Source: Gekko japonicus (taxonomy: Eukaryota). From it: a DNA stretch of 64,000 nucleotides. Below, piece by piece: positions 1-12,578 of the stretch. The notes beneath the pieces are model-generated. The model was not told where the DNA came from, searched no databases, and saw only the letters and a program-made list of their open reading frames with translations. Location of the stretch: assembly GCF_001447785.1 (NCBI RefSeq), contig NW_015173763.1, forward strand, positions 62,001 to 126,000, written 5' to 3'. A program made the translations under genes and the position numbers. How positions within the stretch are numbered: the first letter of the stretch is position 1; every line of letters begins with the position of its first letter.

Positions 1-366
1 TATTTTTTGCCAACACAGAAGAGACAGCCATGGAGAAGATGATGCCAAAGGCTGTTTGTCAGAGGAGGCAGGTCACGTTTACAGGTTGGCTAATGAATAG
101 GAAAGCACAAAGGAAGCAGAGCAGCAATGAGATGAGAAGAATATAGGTGAGGTCCTGGTTGTTTGCTTTAACTATAGGAGAGTTGTGATGCTTTATAAAG
201 ATCCCCAGGACCAGAATTGTGATCAAAGACAATGAAAAAGAACCAGTGGCTAACCCAGTCCCCAAAGGTTCTTCATAATGCAGGAAGCTCACAGTCTTAG
301 GACTGCATACATTCTGATTCTCCCTTGGAAAGTGATCATCTGGGCATTGATAACACTCAGCCATAT
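1..366 (-). pseudogene. V2R locus A, exon 6 (7TM exon, partial), with premature stop
   Basis: Acceptor ttcag|AT ATG at 366. Translates MAECYQCPDD...[28 protein letters not shown]...[26 protein letters not shown] at 59-61 sits where C and D have Arg (CGA/CGT). Confidence 0.93.
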
Positions 367-514
367 CTGAAATGGAAAAATGCTTATAAGTCGATTAACA
401 GTTACATCTTGTACATCTTGTAAAGTACATCTTGTAAAGCAAGAACTCGCTTTAGTGGAAAAGCTCACAAATATAGTTTTCTTAAAATATAATCTAAACA
501 TAAACCCTTGCATT

Positions 515-790
515 CTTTTTATTTGGGACCCCATGAACCATACAAGTAATTAGGTGTGTGCAAAAAAAAAATCGGTATTTTATAGCCCCATAGGATATAA
601 TGGAGAATCAATCTGGGGGGTATCTCGGGCTCTGGGGGCTGTTTTTTAGGTACAAGCACCAAAGTTTTAGCATAGCTGCTGGTGCCTCTTCTCAGAAATC
701 CCCCCAAGTTTCAAAAATATTGGAACCGGGGGTTCAATTCTATGGGCCCCAGAAGGAGGTGCCCCCATCCTCCATTGTTTTCAATGGAGG
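515..790. repeat. Interspersed squamate/gecko repeat fragment, family not assigned
   Basis: Sequence recalled as a common gecko repeat core (ctggggggtatctcggg...ccccccaagtttcaaaa...gggggttcaattctatgggcccc). No coding signal. Confidence 0.5.
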
Positions 791-927
791 GGGGGGACTT
801 TCTGTGCAGAAGCAGAAACCTCTGAGCTGGCATCTAACATTTTGTGCGCCAGCACCCCCTAGCACAGCTTAGAGGGAACTATGGTCAAGACTGAGTGGAA
901 AAGCTGGTTGAATCCAGCCCTTCCCTA

Positions 928-1058
928 GATAGCACTCCAGCTTGATAGCACTCCAGCATGAGCTAAGTGCAATGAAAGTAAGGAAGCTTCCCTTAGTATG
1001 CCGGCTTGATAGCACTCCAGCATGAGCTAAGTGCAATGAAAGTAAGGAAGCTTCCCTT
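928..1058. repeat. Local tandem duplication (55 bp x2 plus a 13-bp partial copy)
   Basis: gcttgatagcactccagcatgagctaagtgcaatgaaagtaaggaagcttccctt at 940-994 and 1004-1058; gatagcactccag also at 928-940. Confidence 0.9.
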
Positions 1059-1279
1059 CTGCATTTTTAAATTTTTGTTTATGTTACACAAAATGCAGTT
1101 GCATTCTAGAACAAAATTAATTAAAATACAAATTATAGTTTTCAGTATTAACGGTTTAATGTATTTTTTCCTTCCATTTTGCATTTTTAATGTTCCACTA
1201 TTCTTGAGCATCATAAGTCAAGTAAATAACTCCTTCCAAAAACAATAGTTTCTGTGCCAGTAAATGCATTTATGGTTTA

Positions 1280-1307
1280 ACACACACACACACACACACA
1301 CACACAC
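1280..1307. repeat. (CA)n microsatellite
   Basis: Direct reading. Confidence 0.95.
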
Positions 1308-1892
1308 GATCACTTTCAAATACTCTACCCCCACACACACACCAGATTCTAGCGTTATGATTTCTGTTCTGGCATTTTTTTCCTGATAATATGGAATTCC
1401 AAAACCAAGGGAGATATACTGCAATGGATGATTCCACAAGTTTCATGAGAGAATAATTGCACCCAGACACATCAGGACAAAAGGACAACTCCCCCCCCCT
1501 CACTTTCATGACACTTTTCACCACTTCAAAATGGAGAGGACACTAAATTGCACCAGCAGTGTTTTCAGGGAATGAGCACTTGGGCACACCATCATTACCC
1601 AACATATTATGAGAAGAATCCAATTATCTAGTGGAAGGGGCATAGGGAAACATCCTCCTGGGCTGCAGATTCTTCTGTAGATTGAAAGTCTTGTGGATGA
1701 GGGAAGGTCTACCTCACTAGAACAATGAAAGGATATGTCTCACTTCTTTGGGAATCCTCTGCTCCTCTGAGGGAATCTCATGCCTCCTAAGATGATTCTG
1801 GGTTCCAGGCATCTCTGTGTTTCATGACTTGTATGCTGGCTGTCTGAACTAAAGTCAGCCAGTTTGCCAGTCTTGTACAGCACAATGCCTAC

Positions 1893-2019
1893 TTTTCTGG
1901 ACAGACACCTTCCCTTCTGGGCATGGAATGCAGTCATAACAACAGAATGGCTCCCCCTCCTTAATTTTCGTTCTATATCCTGGATAGCAATTATTATTAC
2001 ACTAAGAAAGAGGTTGAAC
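1893..2019 (-). pseudogene. V2R locus A, exon 5 (cysteine-rich domain), with in-frame TAG
   Basis: 127-bp exon, tag|GTT...A|gtaggc. Translates [41 protein letters not shown]; stop at 2002-2004. Same size as exon 5 of B, C and D. Confidence 0.92.
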
Positions 2020-2599
2020 CTAGACCAGCAGTGACAGAGGAGAATATTTATTTGCAGATTAATGTCCTTGGAGTATTGGAAAACATGGAATGAACTGCTA
2101 TTGTTTTCCATGCTTGATGGGTAGAATTTTTTTCTTTGCTATCTACCAATGTGTAAAAAAAAAGTACTATGTCATCCTCAGTCTTCAGTTGTTCAGTGGC
2201 ATACACTGTCAGAAGCTATTAGTCTGCTTGCCCCCCCCCAAAAAAAACCAATTGGCATCCAAACCACTGGAGACACTTTGTCTGATTGTTTTCCACTGGT
2301 AATAGAACAGAATCATCATCTTGGAGGCACTCATATCGATTTGGATGGGTGATCAAAGGAAGGAACTTCTTAGAAAAACAACAATTCTACTTTGTTTTGT
2401 AGAGCTAAAGTGTCCTTGAATGTTCTTCCTACAAATCTAGGTGATTATTCCAAAGTCCAAGGAGTATTTAACTATAAAATCTTTAACCAATGCTATATAT
2501 ATGGATAAGCAGAATGTAAAATATAATATTTAAACCACAAAAATTGAATGCTACTCTCAAATGCATGAAGGACGAGCTAAACTAGCCCTCCTAGTACCT

Positions 2600-2686
2600 G
2601 GTATTTCTGGGCACTGAGTGACAGAATATTGGACTGGATGGGCCATTGGCCTGATCCAACATTGGCTTATCTTATGTTCTTATGTA
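2600..2686 (+). mobile_element. CR1-type LINE 3' tail fragment
   Basis: ggactggatgggccattggcctgatccaac...ttcttatg-type terminal repeats; the same family appears inverted at 56642-56881. Confidence 0.6.
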
Positions 2687-2695
2687 CTTTTTATA

Positions 2696-2911
2696 GAGAA
2701 AGAAGAGAAGAGAATAAGAGATTGGAGTTATACCGTGCCATTCATTCAGAGTCTCAGAGCATTTTACAAACTCCTTTCCCTTCTCCTCCCCACAACAGAC
2801 ACCTTATGGGGCTGAGAGAGCTCTGACAGAAACTGCTCTTTTCAAGAACACCTCTGACAGAACTATGGCTTGCAGCAAGAAGAGGAGTGGGGAATCAAAC
2901 CCGGTTCTCCC
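2696..2911 (-). mobile_element. tRNA-derived SINE (Squam3-like), partial
   Basis: Reverse complement matches the copy at 45844-46130 (B box ggtttgattcccc, TC-rich tail). Confidence 0.8.
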
Positions 2912-3595
2912 ATATGAACCATGAAAATAAGTAGAAAGATCATTATATGTGGTCACTTGTATCTTCACAAGCCACTACCATCTCCAGGAGAACCAACAAG
3001 GTATAAATTACTCTGAAACTCTGCTTGTGTAGGTCATCCTTCAGAGAGGCCATGGTGATTTCCTTGATAAAGCTGGGCCTGAAGCCTGATTCCAAATTAT
3101 ACTACGATGACCTAAAAACCCATTGAAATCAGAGCATCATGGAATTGGCCATTCTCTCCTTTCAGACTGTTTATTGTTTTGGATCCTTGGAATTTCTGGT
3201 GAGCCATTCAAGGAAATTGCAGTTGCATTATTCTGAACTAACCCTCTGAGTGCTTTCTCAGTGTCCAGAAAAAACATCAGCTAAGGCTTTCTTTGGGATC
3301 ACACTCTGTATTATCTTGAACTGGAACACAGCTGATCAATCATTGTTACTGAAAATGAAATTGACCAAGACTCTCTCTTACTGTGAAAGCTTTGGGAAAT
3401 TTTATTTGGTTCTAAGAGGCAACTCAGAGATTAGAAATCAAATGAAATTGACCAATAAACTCCTTGTCACCTGAAAGTCTAACAGAGTTGATGCCTCATG
3501 CTATTTGACTGCATTGCTGTAAACTGTGTAATCCATCTCCAATCTCAGTGAGAAATGTGGACTTCTAGCAAAACAACAACTGTTCTTATATAAGA

Positions 3596-4100
3596 CTAGG
3601 AAAAAGGCCTGTTGTGGAAATAAATACAACAAAATCTAGAAAGAGGCTCTGGGCGGGTCCCCTGGTCTTGGACACTCAGTGTCAATTTGCTGTGGCGACC
3701 TCAGCAGGGTATAATGACACTGAGTCCACCATTTTCTCCAGAGGAACTGATCTCTGCTACCTAGAAAACAGTTGTAATTTTGAGTGATCTCCAGCCCTCA
3801 CCTGGAGATTGGCAACGATGGTTCCCCAGAAGGGAATAGTTGGTTTGGAGGGTGGAATCTATGGCTTTCTACCTGTCCGAGGTCCCACGCCTCCTGAAAC
3901 CTCACCCTCTCCAAGCTCCATCCCTCACATCTCCAGGAATTTCCCACCTGCAGTTGGCAACCCTATCTCCTTCCAGGGGGCCACCTCAGCAGCATATAAG
4001 GATACAGAGCCCACCATTTTCTCCAGGGGAACTGATCTCTGCCATCTGGAAAGCAGTTGTAATTCGGAGTGATCTCCAGCCCTCACCTGGAGATTGGCCA
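3596..4100 (-). mobile_element. Non-autonomous Helitron, 3' portion (same family as 35283-43337)
   Basis: Minus strand ends CTAG|T at 3596 with a degraded hairpin (tgttgt...acaaca). The first ~350 bp align with 35283 onward. Confidence 0.65.
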
Positions 4101-4325
4101 CATTTTACCTCAGAACAGCAAACTGTTTGGACTGTTAGAGGCAAAAGCCAATAAAGTCACATATGCAAACGACCTCTGTGTTTCGAGGCAAAGGCTAATG
4201 AGGCTGCATATGCAAATAACCTCTGTGTTCTGACTGCCTATGGGAGGGAGAGGAAAAGCAAACTGTTTAGAATGTTGGAGGCGAGACTCAAGCAATGCAG
4301 CCAGTGGATAGGGACAGATTCTGAG

Positions 4326-4972
4326 TGACACACCAGGGCGCCAACCAATTCCAGAGTGTGTGGAATGTTCTAGAGAAGTGCCACCACCATTCGGCTTTTA
4401 TTTATAAGGGAGATGATAACCAATAGGTTAAAGAACAAACGAGTGGATAGTACCAATTCCTTCTTCTGTTAAGGTATCTTTCAGTTATGGCCCTAATCTC
4501 ATCATGAGCAATGGAAGTATATAAGGAATGTAAAACACAGGAATCCTATATATGTCTTTCATTAGAAAGGAAGCTGTAGATTTCAGTATATCCTAAAGAC
4601 AAAGCTTCCTGAACTGTGATCCTGAAAATAAATTTAATCTCAAAGGTAGGATATCTATTCATAGCTCTCTAACTGTCAGAGTTCCCAATGGTGGATGTAT
4701 TCATCCCATGCAAATACCACATCAAGGGGTTGGGATGACTGCCCTCACAACTTGATGAAAAGTAAGCAGGAGCTGGTTCTATGGCATCCCATGTCTACTG
4801 CACCAATGGGTACTACCAAAGGGGGAAACATTCAGCTAGGTCCCACCATTGTTGGAACTGGCCTAATTATCTCAACCAAATGATTATGGAATGGCCCAGG
4901 ATGAAAACCTTGACTGGGTTTCAAGATACATCTGTACTTATGAAAAACAAAACCTTGCTAAATTACCTAACA
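4326..4972 (-). mobile_element. Possible degraded LTR (ERV-like)
   Basis: TG...CA candidate ends and a minus-strand AATAAA about 70 nt from the 3' end. No TSD found; boundaries uncertain. Confidence 0.3.
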
Positions 4973-5627
4973 TAACTTTTAAAGGTACTAGTCAACCTAC
5001 CAGTCCTCTGGATTGTTTGCCTCCGGAGGCCTAACCTCCTGGCAGTGGAAGCAAAATAAATGAATCCCATACTCATGCATTGGCACCTGCATCAAACAGG
5101 ATCTAACAGGTCACTGCTCCAAACTGGAACTGGTTAGAGGTGACCCAGCCTGGGCCATAGCCCTCTGTTCCCATGAAAGCCCAAGGCCTATGCAGGCCAG
5201 AGCTGAAGATATCTGGTGGTCATCAGAACATGTATCAGATCCCTTTGCCCTCTTTATTGTCGTGGTCCAGCAAATCACTAACTCCATCTCAAAGTCGAAA
5301 GTGCCTAGTCTGCTACTGCAGAAGTTTCCTACTGCCTTTACATGGCAGAACTAAGGATGCTCAGAGGTCTTTGATACCATATAATGTTCCCTGGTTTGTT
5401 GATCTGTTTTGGACCAGCAGATCACTAACCATCCTCAACCAGTGAAAGTGTCCAATCCATGATTGCAGCACCTCAGGGACACATCTCAGTGTGACTGAGC
5501 TAACATTTCACTAATACATCGTGCAGCACAAAAGGCCATCAAGGCTGCTGGTTGGAAAGTGGATCTCACGTTGGCCAGAACACAGAGCTACATCCTTGCA
5601 CTTCCAGCCCCCAAGACTGTCATTCTT

Positions 5628-7284
5628 TTTTGGGGGGGGGCCTTGAAGGGATTTTTTTATTACATTTTTCTAAAGACTACAAATCTACAACGAAAATAAA
5701 GAAAGGGAACTACAATTAGGGATAAAGAAAAGAATACCCACTACTATCTAAAATCCCGAGAAGATCCTCAAAATTGCTTAAATACAAAGTCAGTTCTAAA
5801 CTCACTAACAATTTTTTGAACTTAGTCAGATCTGCTAATACAACTTTTGAATCTTAAATTAACTGTTAAAAAGAAAAACCACAAAGCATCTTGTTACTAC
5901 CTACCCTTTTCAAAGGCACAATACAGAGTCCTTCAGCCTTCATTTCTTCTTATCCTGTCTCCTTTGCAGTTTATAAGGACTTTTAGGAGCTGCTGCCCCC
6001 GTCTCTGACACAGAGTCCTCTCCAGAAGACCCCGAGTCCAGCTTGCCACTGAACTTACTGTTCTCTTAATCACCTTTCTCTTGCTCGCCCATCTGGATTT
6101 TCAAAAAGTCCCGTGCTTTAGAAACAGAGTCAATCTTTNNNNNNNNNNNNNNNNNNNNNNNNNNNNNNNNNNNNNNNNCCCTCACATGTCTCTTCGAGAA
6201 TCTCATTACTATTTCCCCAGGCAGATTATTTTTTATATATATATACAGAATATGACCTATAGGCCACATCCATTTTGCTCATCAAGTACTCCGCCGTCAA
6301 ATCTGTCACCGGGGCTAATGCTTCGCTCAACATTTGTTTCAGATTCTCTCCTTTAGATTCTGGGGCACCCTGGAATTGGAGGACAAGGTTTGCCTTCTCC
6401 ATTTGCAGCTGTAAAAGTTGTTCTTCTGTGGAGACTTGCTTCTTTTCCAATTTTTGTACCTTTTCCTTCACCTTTTGGGTAGTGGCGTCAACTTCTTTCA
6501 CCTTCTCAGCTGTTTGCTCTGTGACTTTAAGAGTCTCATTCACTTGTAATTGCTGGGTGGTGATACATTTAGTCATTGTAGACAACTGCTCCTTGATGTT
6601 AGTCATCTGTTCCAGCAGGGGGCGCAGAGATTCTGACAACATTTTAGCCAGCTCAGTGGTTCCTTCCGGTCTTGGGCTCTCCTGTTTCACTTTTAAAAGT
6701 TTATCCTTTTCCGTCCTCTTCCCCACCATCTTTTATCAATTGTTTACTTTTGCCGCTGTTTCTAAAGTCTCTGAATGTGTGCTCAAACGCTTATACAAGC
6801 CTTGGTGAGTTTTTCTCAACAGATTTCAATGCTTCCGCTCCCCCCTATTTTTCCGCTTAAAAGTTCATTTGCGTGGGAGGGGCCCCTCCTCCTGCTCGCT
6901 TCACTTCTCAGTCTGTGGGGTGGGGAGTTTTCTTTTTAGATTGTCAAAAATGCTTTAATCTGACTCACGTTCATATTGGTCTTCCGACCACGCTTAGTCT
7001 CTTATTCAACCGCTCAATCCCCAGTGCTTGTCCCGGTCAGCATCACTAGGTTCCATACAAACACTCGCAGGAGGGACCATCGGGGCAAAGAGGCACCTCA
7101 ATTCCCCAGCGTCGCGCTGGCGAAGAGGTGACTTCTCAAAAGCCCCATGGCTAGAAGCCCTTCACCAGGCCTCTTGGGGGGCAACGAGCCTGGATACCCC
7201 CTCCTTCCTGCTCGTGCGCAGCTCACATCCCCAGGAGGTCAGGGAGATGCAACTGCTCAGTGTGCCACCATCCACCGGAAAGAA
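5628..7284 (-). mobile_element. ORF1-only L1-like element (HAL1-type) with 16-bp TSD
   Basis: TSD caagactgtc(a/c)ttctt at 5612-5627 and 7285-7300. GC-rich 5'UTR, then L1 ORF1 (6729->6066: coiled coil, frameshift at a TA run near 6240, N gap), then ~430 bp 3'UTR and A-rich tail. No ORF2. Confidence 0.8.
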
Positions 7285-8503
7285 CAAGACTGTCCTTCTT
7301 AACATCCATAGTATTGGTTCTGGTCTGCTGTTAACCAGTAAACATAACTGTGCCCTTTCCATTGGAGAGGCTCAGTCTAAACCATAGCCATCTGTGGACA
7401 GAACTCTCAAATTTTCTTCAGGGCCAATAAAGTGAGGCAATGCCATTTGTGTGGAGAAACTGTTTTCACTCAGGACTGACTTCAGGATGAATGGCTCCTG
7501 AAAAACCTGATGGAGAGGGCTTCCTATGCATCTGATAAAGTTTGTTCTAAGCACAAACAGAATTTAGGATAACAAGATGGTGGAGGGAATATAGAACACC
7601 AAAAAGAAAATAATAGTATGGTTTCCAGTCTTCCAACTGTCAGGCCCTATACTCAATCCAAGCTCTTAACTTTTAAAGCAAAAATCCTCCTCCAAGTTCC
7701 TCAGCCTGATCTGGGGTCTTCCACTTCATCAACCACACCCTATCTTTATGATTTCCAGAAGCCTCAGAGTCATGGTGAAGATACATTCTTTGGATAAACT
7801 AATCCTCACAAGGACTGATTTGCTCACCAGGACAGCTTTTTGTATGTTTACATGGTCCATGGACATGTTGTAATACTGAAGGTAACACATAATGGAGTCA
7901 GATTTTTTAAAAATCACATGTTTATTTAACTGGTAAGAATGACTGGTTTTTCTCCCACCTTCTTCAGCTATTAATGCAGCAAAGAAATTCAGACCTGGGT
8001 CTTGGGAGAATACACATATACAGTTCCAGGTATGTGAGAAGAATAGACTTATAAATAACAAAGTGATAGATGTTTTGCTTTTCATTTTTAAAGGAGCAGC
8101 ACCTAAACTGCCAATTCATAAAAACATTGGAAGTCCCTACCAGACTCTCTCCATAATCAAGATAATCTGTTCACCCTTCCCACCAGAACTCACTGGCTTT
8201 TCTATTTTTTTCCTAGACTACACAGCTGGTCAGCTGTGAAACTGTTTGTTTATGCTCTTCTAACATTCCAGTCTTCCTATCTCCTATTTTAAAGGTAATT
8301 GGATGTAGCTGGAGAAGGCAAACACTTTATCACACCCACCTTCCCTTAAAGTTACTGAAAATAAAAACCAATGGAACTTCCATAAGTATTTTGATTAAAT
8401 AAATTCTCAAGAGAATTCGTACCAATCCCAATGCATTTGTAAATTTGAAAATGGTATAACTGGTATGAATGGATATAGGTAACTTCTGAGAGAGGCACTA
8501 TAT

Positions 8504-9405
8504 TCAGCATTTCCTCATTTTAATTTGTTTCTTGGTGTTCAGCTCAGGCTTCAGAACAATAATGTAGCATTTGGGAAAGAAAATGCAGCCCAACAGCCCT
8601 GCACTGGAGGCTAATATAGAGAAAATCTCCACAGCCACTATGTATTTCCCTTTAGTGCTCAAGTAGGTTGGAATAAAGGACAGCCAAACACTGCAAAAGA
8701 CCAACATGCTGAAGGTGATAAATTTGGCTTCATTGAAACTATTAGGTAGTTTTCTGGCAAGGAAAGCCACAGTGAAGCTGGCAATGGCCAGGAAGCCCAT
8801 ATATCCGAGGACACAGTAAAACATGGTAGCTGAGCCCTCATTGCATTCCAATACAATTTCTCCAGTCACTGAATACATGTCAACATCTGGAAATGGGGGA
8901 GCAGTTACCAACCACACAGCACAAATGCCCACTTGAATAAGGGTGCTTAAAAGAATGATGGTGTTGGCTTGTCTTTTCCCCACCCACTTCCTCATCTTGG
9001 ATCCAGGCTTAGTAGCCAGGAAAGCTAAAACCACAGTGATGGTTTTAGCCAATACAGAAGAGACAGCCACTGAAAAGACGATTCCAAATACTGTTTGCTG
9101 TAGGAGACAGGTCACTTTCTTAGGTTGGCCAATGAATAACAGTGCACAAAGGAAGCAAAGCAGCAGTGATAGGAGTAGAGTATATGTGAGGCTCCGGTTG
9201 TTGCCTTTCACAATGGGTGTATTGTGGTGCTTCACAAATATTTTTAGCACCAGAGCTGTGTTCAAAACGAAGAAAAGAACACCACTGGCTAAACTGAACC
9301 CCAAAGGTTCCCGGTAGGACAAAAAAGTTACAACTTTGGGAATGCATGCATTCTGTTCCTGATTTGGATAATAATTGCCTTCACACTGAAAACAGTCAGC
9401 CATGT
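8504..9405 (-). CDS. V2R gene B exon 6 (end of CRD + 7TM + stop)
   Basis: cag|AC ATG acceptor; 902 bp; [42 protein letters not shown] and [16 protein letters not shown] motifs. Confidence 0.96.
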
Positions 9406-10621
9406 CTGAAAAATAAAAGTTGTGCTACAATCATGCATAGTGTAAGTTGGCATGGGAACTTGTTCCAAATCAGAATAGCTCATTTACCTTTAAATCTTGA
9501 CATCATGAGGCAACACTTGGCCATGGATGTGTTCAAACCAACCTGCCAGGAGGACTGTCTACTGGTCTTTATGCCATTTTCCAATCAGCACCATGTATGC
9601 AAATGCTATGATGTTTTCCTCCAAATAGTTCTAAAGCCAGGCTGCAGGGTGTCAAGCTGTTTTGGGGTGTTTTTTTTTAACAGAATCCTCACTTTGTTAA
9701 ATCTTGCTCTGACTTCAACCTTGGCCGTTTACCCTTCCTGCCACTGTCATTTTTGTGGACACTTCTTAACATAATGTGAGCTGATTAACAAGTATTGAAA
9801 AATACTAGATTTTAATAAATGCCTGCATAGTGAGGATTTACTCATTGCATCTGAAGTCCACATAAACTTAATGTGCAATAATATTTCATTAGTATTTACG
9901 GTGCAAGAAAACACCTTTATTTAGGCTCCATTTGTTTAGTCTTTACTGGGTATTGTTTTAATTTGCACAATTAGTTCCACATTTACTTTCTGCTACTTCT
10001 TTTTAAGGATGTATCCACCTTTACTGAGAGGTGAATGTGGGATGTCCTTTGTGTGATACTCTCAACTGCTACTTAGTATTCTTTCTCAGTGGAAATCTTG
10101 TGCTAATTTAAAAAGTATCTGAAAGAAGCATCTCCTTTTTGTTGTGAGGAGCAGAAGTTATGATATTTCCAATAGTCTGTTTCTGTCAAAGCAATACCTT
10201 AACAGTCCTCATACACTTTAGTAGACAGGTACATTCATTTACATGAGGTGTCAACACTATTTGTGTACTTCCTGATTTGTTGGCTGTTTCGCTACTTCCT
10301 GTACTGAATAAAGTATGTTTAAATCCCACCCAAAGAGAGTGATCTAATTTTTTTAAGTTCTTTGGATCTCAGAAGGTAGAGGCTTGGAAGATGTTCTTTG
10401 AACTTTTAGTGCTCTGCAGAGAGTGAACCCAATATGACCCAATTTCCTACTTCTAAATAATTACTAAATAATTATGATTTACACTTCATATTCTTAAAAA
10501 AGATAACATGAAAGCAATGGCCCAGCAATGTCAATATCTATATGGGTTTACATGTATTTTTGCATGTGTGTTCATCCTAATAACAATCAAAGTGTCCAAA
10601 ACAACATAGTAGAATTCTCAC

Positions 10622-10748
10622 CAGTCTGATTAGATATCTTTCCATCTGGACATGGAAAGCAATCGTAGCAGCAGAATGGCTCCCCTTCCTTCTTTTGTTT
10701 GCGGTATCCAGGATAGCAACTCTCACTACATACAGAGAGAGGCAGTAC
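10622..10748 (-). CDS. V2R gene B exon 5 (CRD)
   Basis: 127 bp, cag|GTA...ACT G|gtgag; [42 protein letters not shown]. Confidence 0.95.
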
Positions 10749-10866
10749 CTGACCCATCAATGAAAGAAGAGAGTGTGAAGAGTTCAGAATTTTTTCAGGT
10801 TCAGAAAATAACATGATATGTAAGTAGTTTATTTTCTGAGTATCATTAGCAGCATTACTGCTGATA

Positions 10867-11138
10867 GAAAGAGGAGGAGGAGGAGATTGAATTTATACCC
10901 CACCCTTCACTTGGAGTCTCAGAGAATCTTACAATCTCCTTCCCTTCCTTTTCCCACAATAGACACCCTGTGCGGTAGGTGGGGCTAAGACAGCTCTGAG
11001 AGAACTGCTCTTGAGAGAACAGCTTTGAGATAACTGTGACTGACCCAAGATCACCCAGCTGGCTGCATGTGGAGGAGTGGGGAATCAAGCCCAGTTCTCC
11101 AGATTAGAATCTGCCACTCTTATCCACTACACCAAACT
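10867..11138 (-). mobile_element. tRNA-derived SINE (Squam3-like)
   Basis: Minus strand reads tttggtgtagtggataagagtggcagattctaatctggagaactgggcttgattcccc (A/B boxes), with a TCC-rich tail. Confidence 0.85.
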
Positions 11139-11180
11139 TTGAGTCTTTAATCCATTGTTGTATGCATTAAAAGTAATGAA

Positions 11181-11649
11181 GGGCCCCAGTCACATGAAAG
11201 ATTTTGGGCTAGGAGAGGGACGGATCAGGGGCGCAGCAAATGGGCACGATTTCACCGCAAAATCTGGGAAGCGGCACGCACCCATCCCCGATCTGGCCCT
11301 TAAAAAACCCCACCTCCCAAGCAGGACTTACTAGAGACGCCGCAGCAAGCGCGGCCGTTGGATCGCCCAAATGTCCATCTTCCAGAGCAATTGAGGCTCC
11401 CAGCCGAACTGTTGTCCGTCTTCCAGAGCAATTGAGGCTTCCAGCCGAACTGTGCATGCGCATGCATGCACAGCCGGCGGCCTCCCGCTCCCCTCTGTGG
11501 CTTTCTCCCTGACATCTGATCGTGCCAGGGAGCAACTGCGCGGCAGCTCACAGGATCTGTGTGATCCCGCTGCCGCGTGTCTATTTTGGTGCGGTTTTCA
11601 AAAGCCACACTTTGCCCGCGCTTCCCTTCCCCCCCGTGTGGCAGGGACC
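11181..11649. mobile_element. PIF/Harbinger-like MITE
   Basis: Imperfect TIRs gggccccagtcacatg / cgtgtggcagggacca; CpG-rich body; internal ~34-bp direct repeat near 11378-11452. Confidence 0.6.
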
Positions 11650-12578
11650 AAGGAATGAAGTTGTTGGAGCTTCCAGAAGAAATTCACACTTATACTGTGA
11701 GATCCCTAAGGTTGAGGAAAGGCCAAAGATTCACCTTGGGAATCTCAGCTTGTCTGATAATTGCTGTTTGTATTCTTACTCTGTTAAAGGAAATGTTGTA
11801 ACTTTAGGAACACAGCAAATTCTGCATGTTATACTTATATACAGTATCAAGCTTGGTACTGATAAACATTATTCCATCCAAGGAAGTTAATAGAAGTTAC
11901 TGGGTTTTTTTCTTCTGGTTTAGTTCAGGGCTCAATTGGGATTACTTCTTTCATAAGACACTTAAGGATGGTCTGTCAGGTGGAGGCTTGCTACCTCTTT
12001 TTAAATGTCATTTATTAACCCCTCCCCGACTTTCACATCTTCCCAGGCAAATTCACATGTCAAGTCATCATGTATGTATGTGGAGTGAATTGAACCTATG
12101 AATAGATTTCCATTGAAACAAACAAATAATTTTCTAAGCAATTTCCTTATATAATCTGCTTTGCTCCAGTATTAAAGAATCCAACTCAACTGTCTAATTC
12201 AACAGATGACCAGACTCTAATGTTGTTGTTTTTGAATATCTTTACAATGAATCAAACTGAATAACAGAAATTGAATATGAAAGGAGCTTATGTTCAGATG
12301 GAACAAATATCCTGCAAAAGAGGAAGAGAAAGAAGGAAGTCTACCTAAAGCAGTCTTTGTTTATGCAGTTTCCTGTGAAAGAGAGAAAGGGAGGAAAGAA
12401 CCATGTACAGTCCAATACTATGTTTATGCAGAGAGGTACTTCATTTGGTTTTATTCCCAATTATTTGTGTATGACTTTGCAGTTGAAGGGATTATGCAGG
12501 TAGTATTCTTGTCAAAGAAATAGAACCTACACAAACTTAACCTATTAATTTTTTTCCCATTGCTCTTAAGAACATTCA

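Noticed and set aside
4325-4345. Retroviral primer-binding site (TGGCGCCC on the minus strand)
   Set aside because: Only 8 nt match, it is not preceded by an LTR CA end, and no gag follows.
4980-7600. Very degraded DIRS-like tyrosine-recombinase sequence flanking the HAL1-like element (similar impression at 21000-21960)
   Set aside because: Faint resemblance only; no motif I can support without a profile search.
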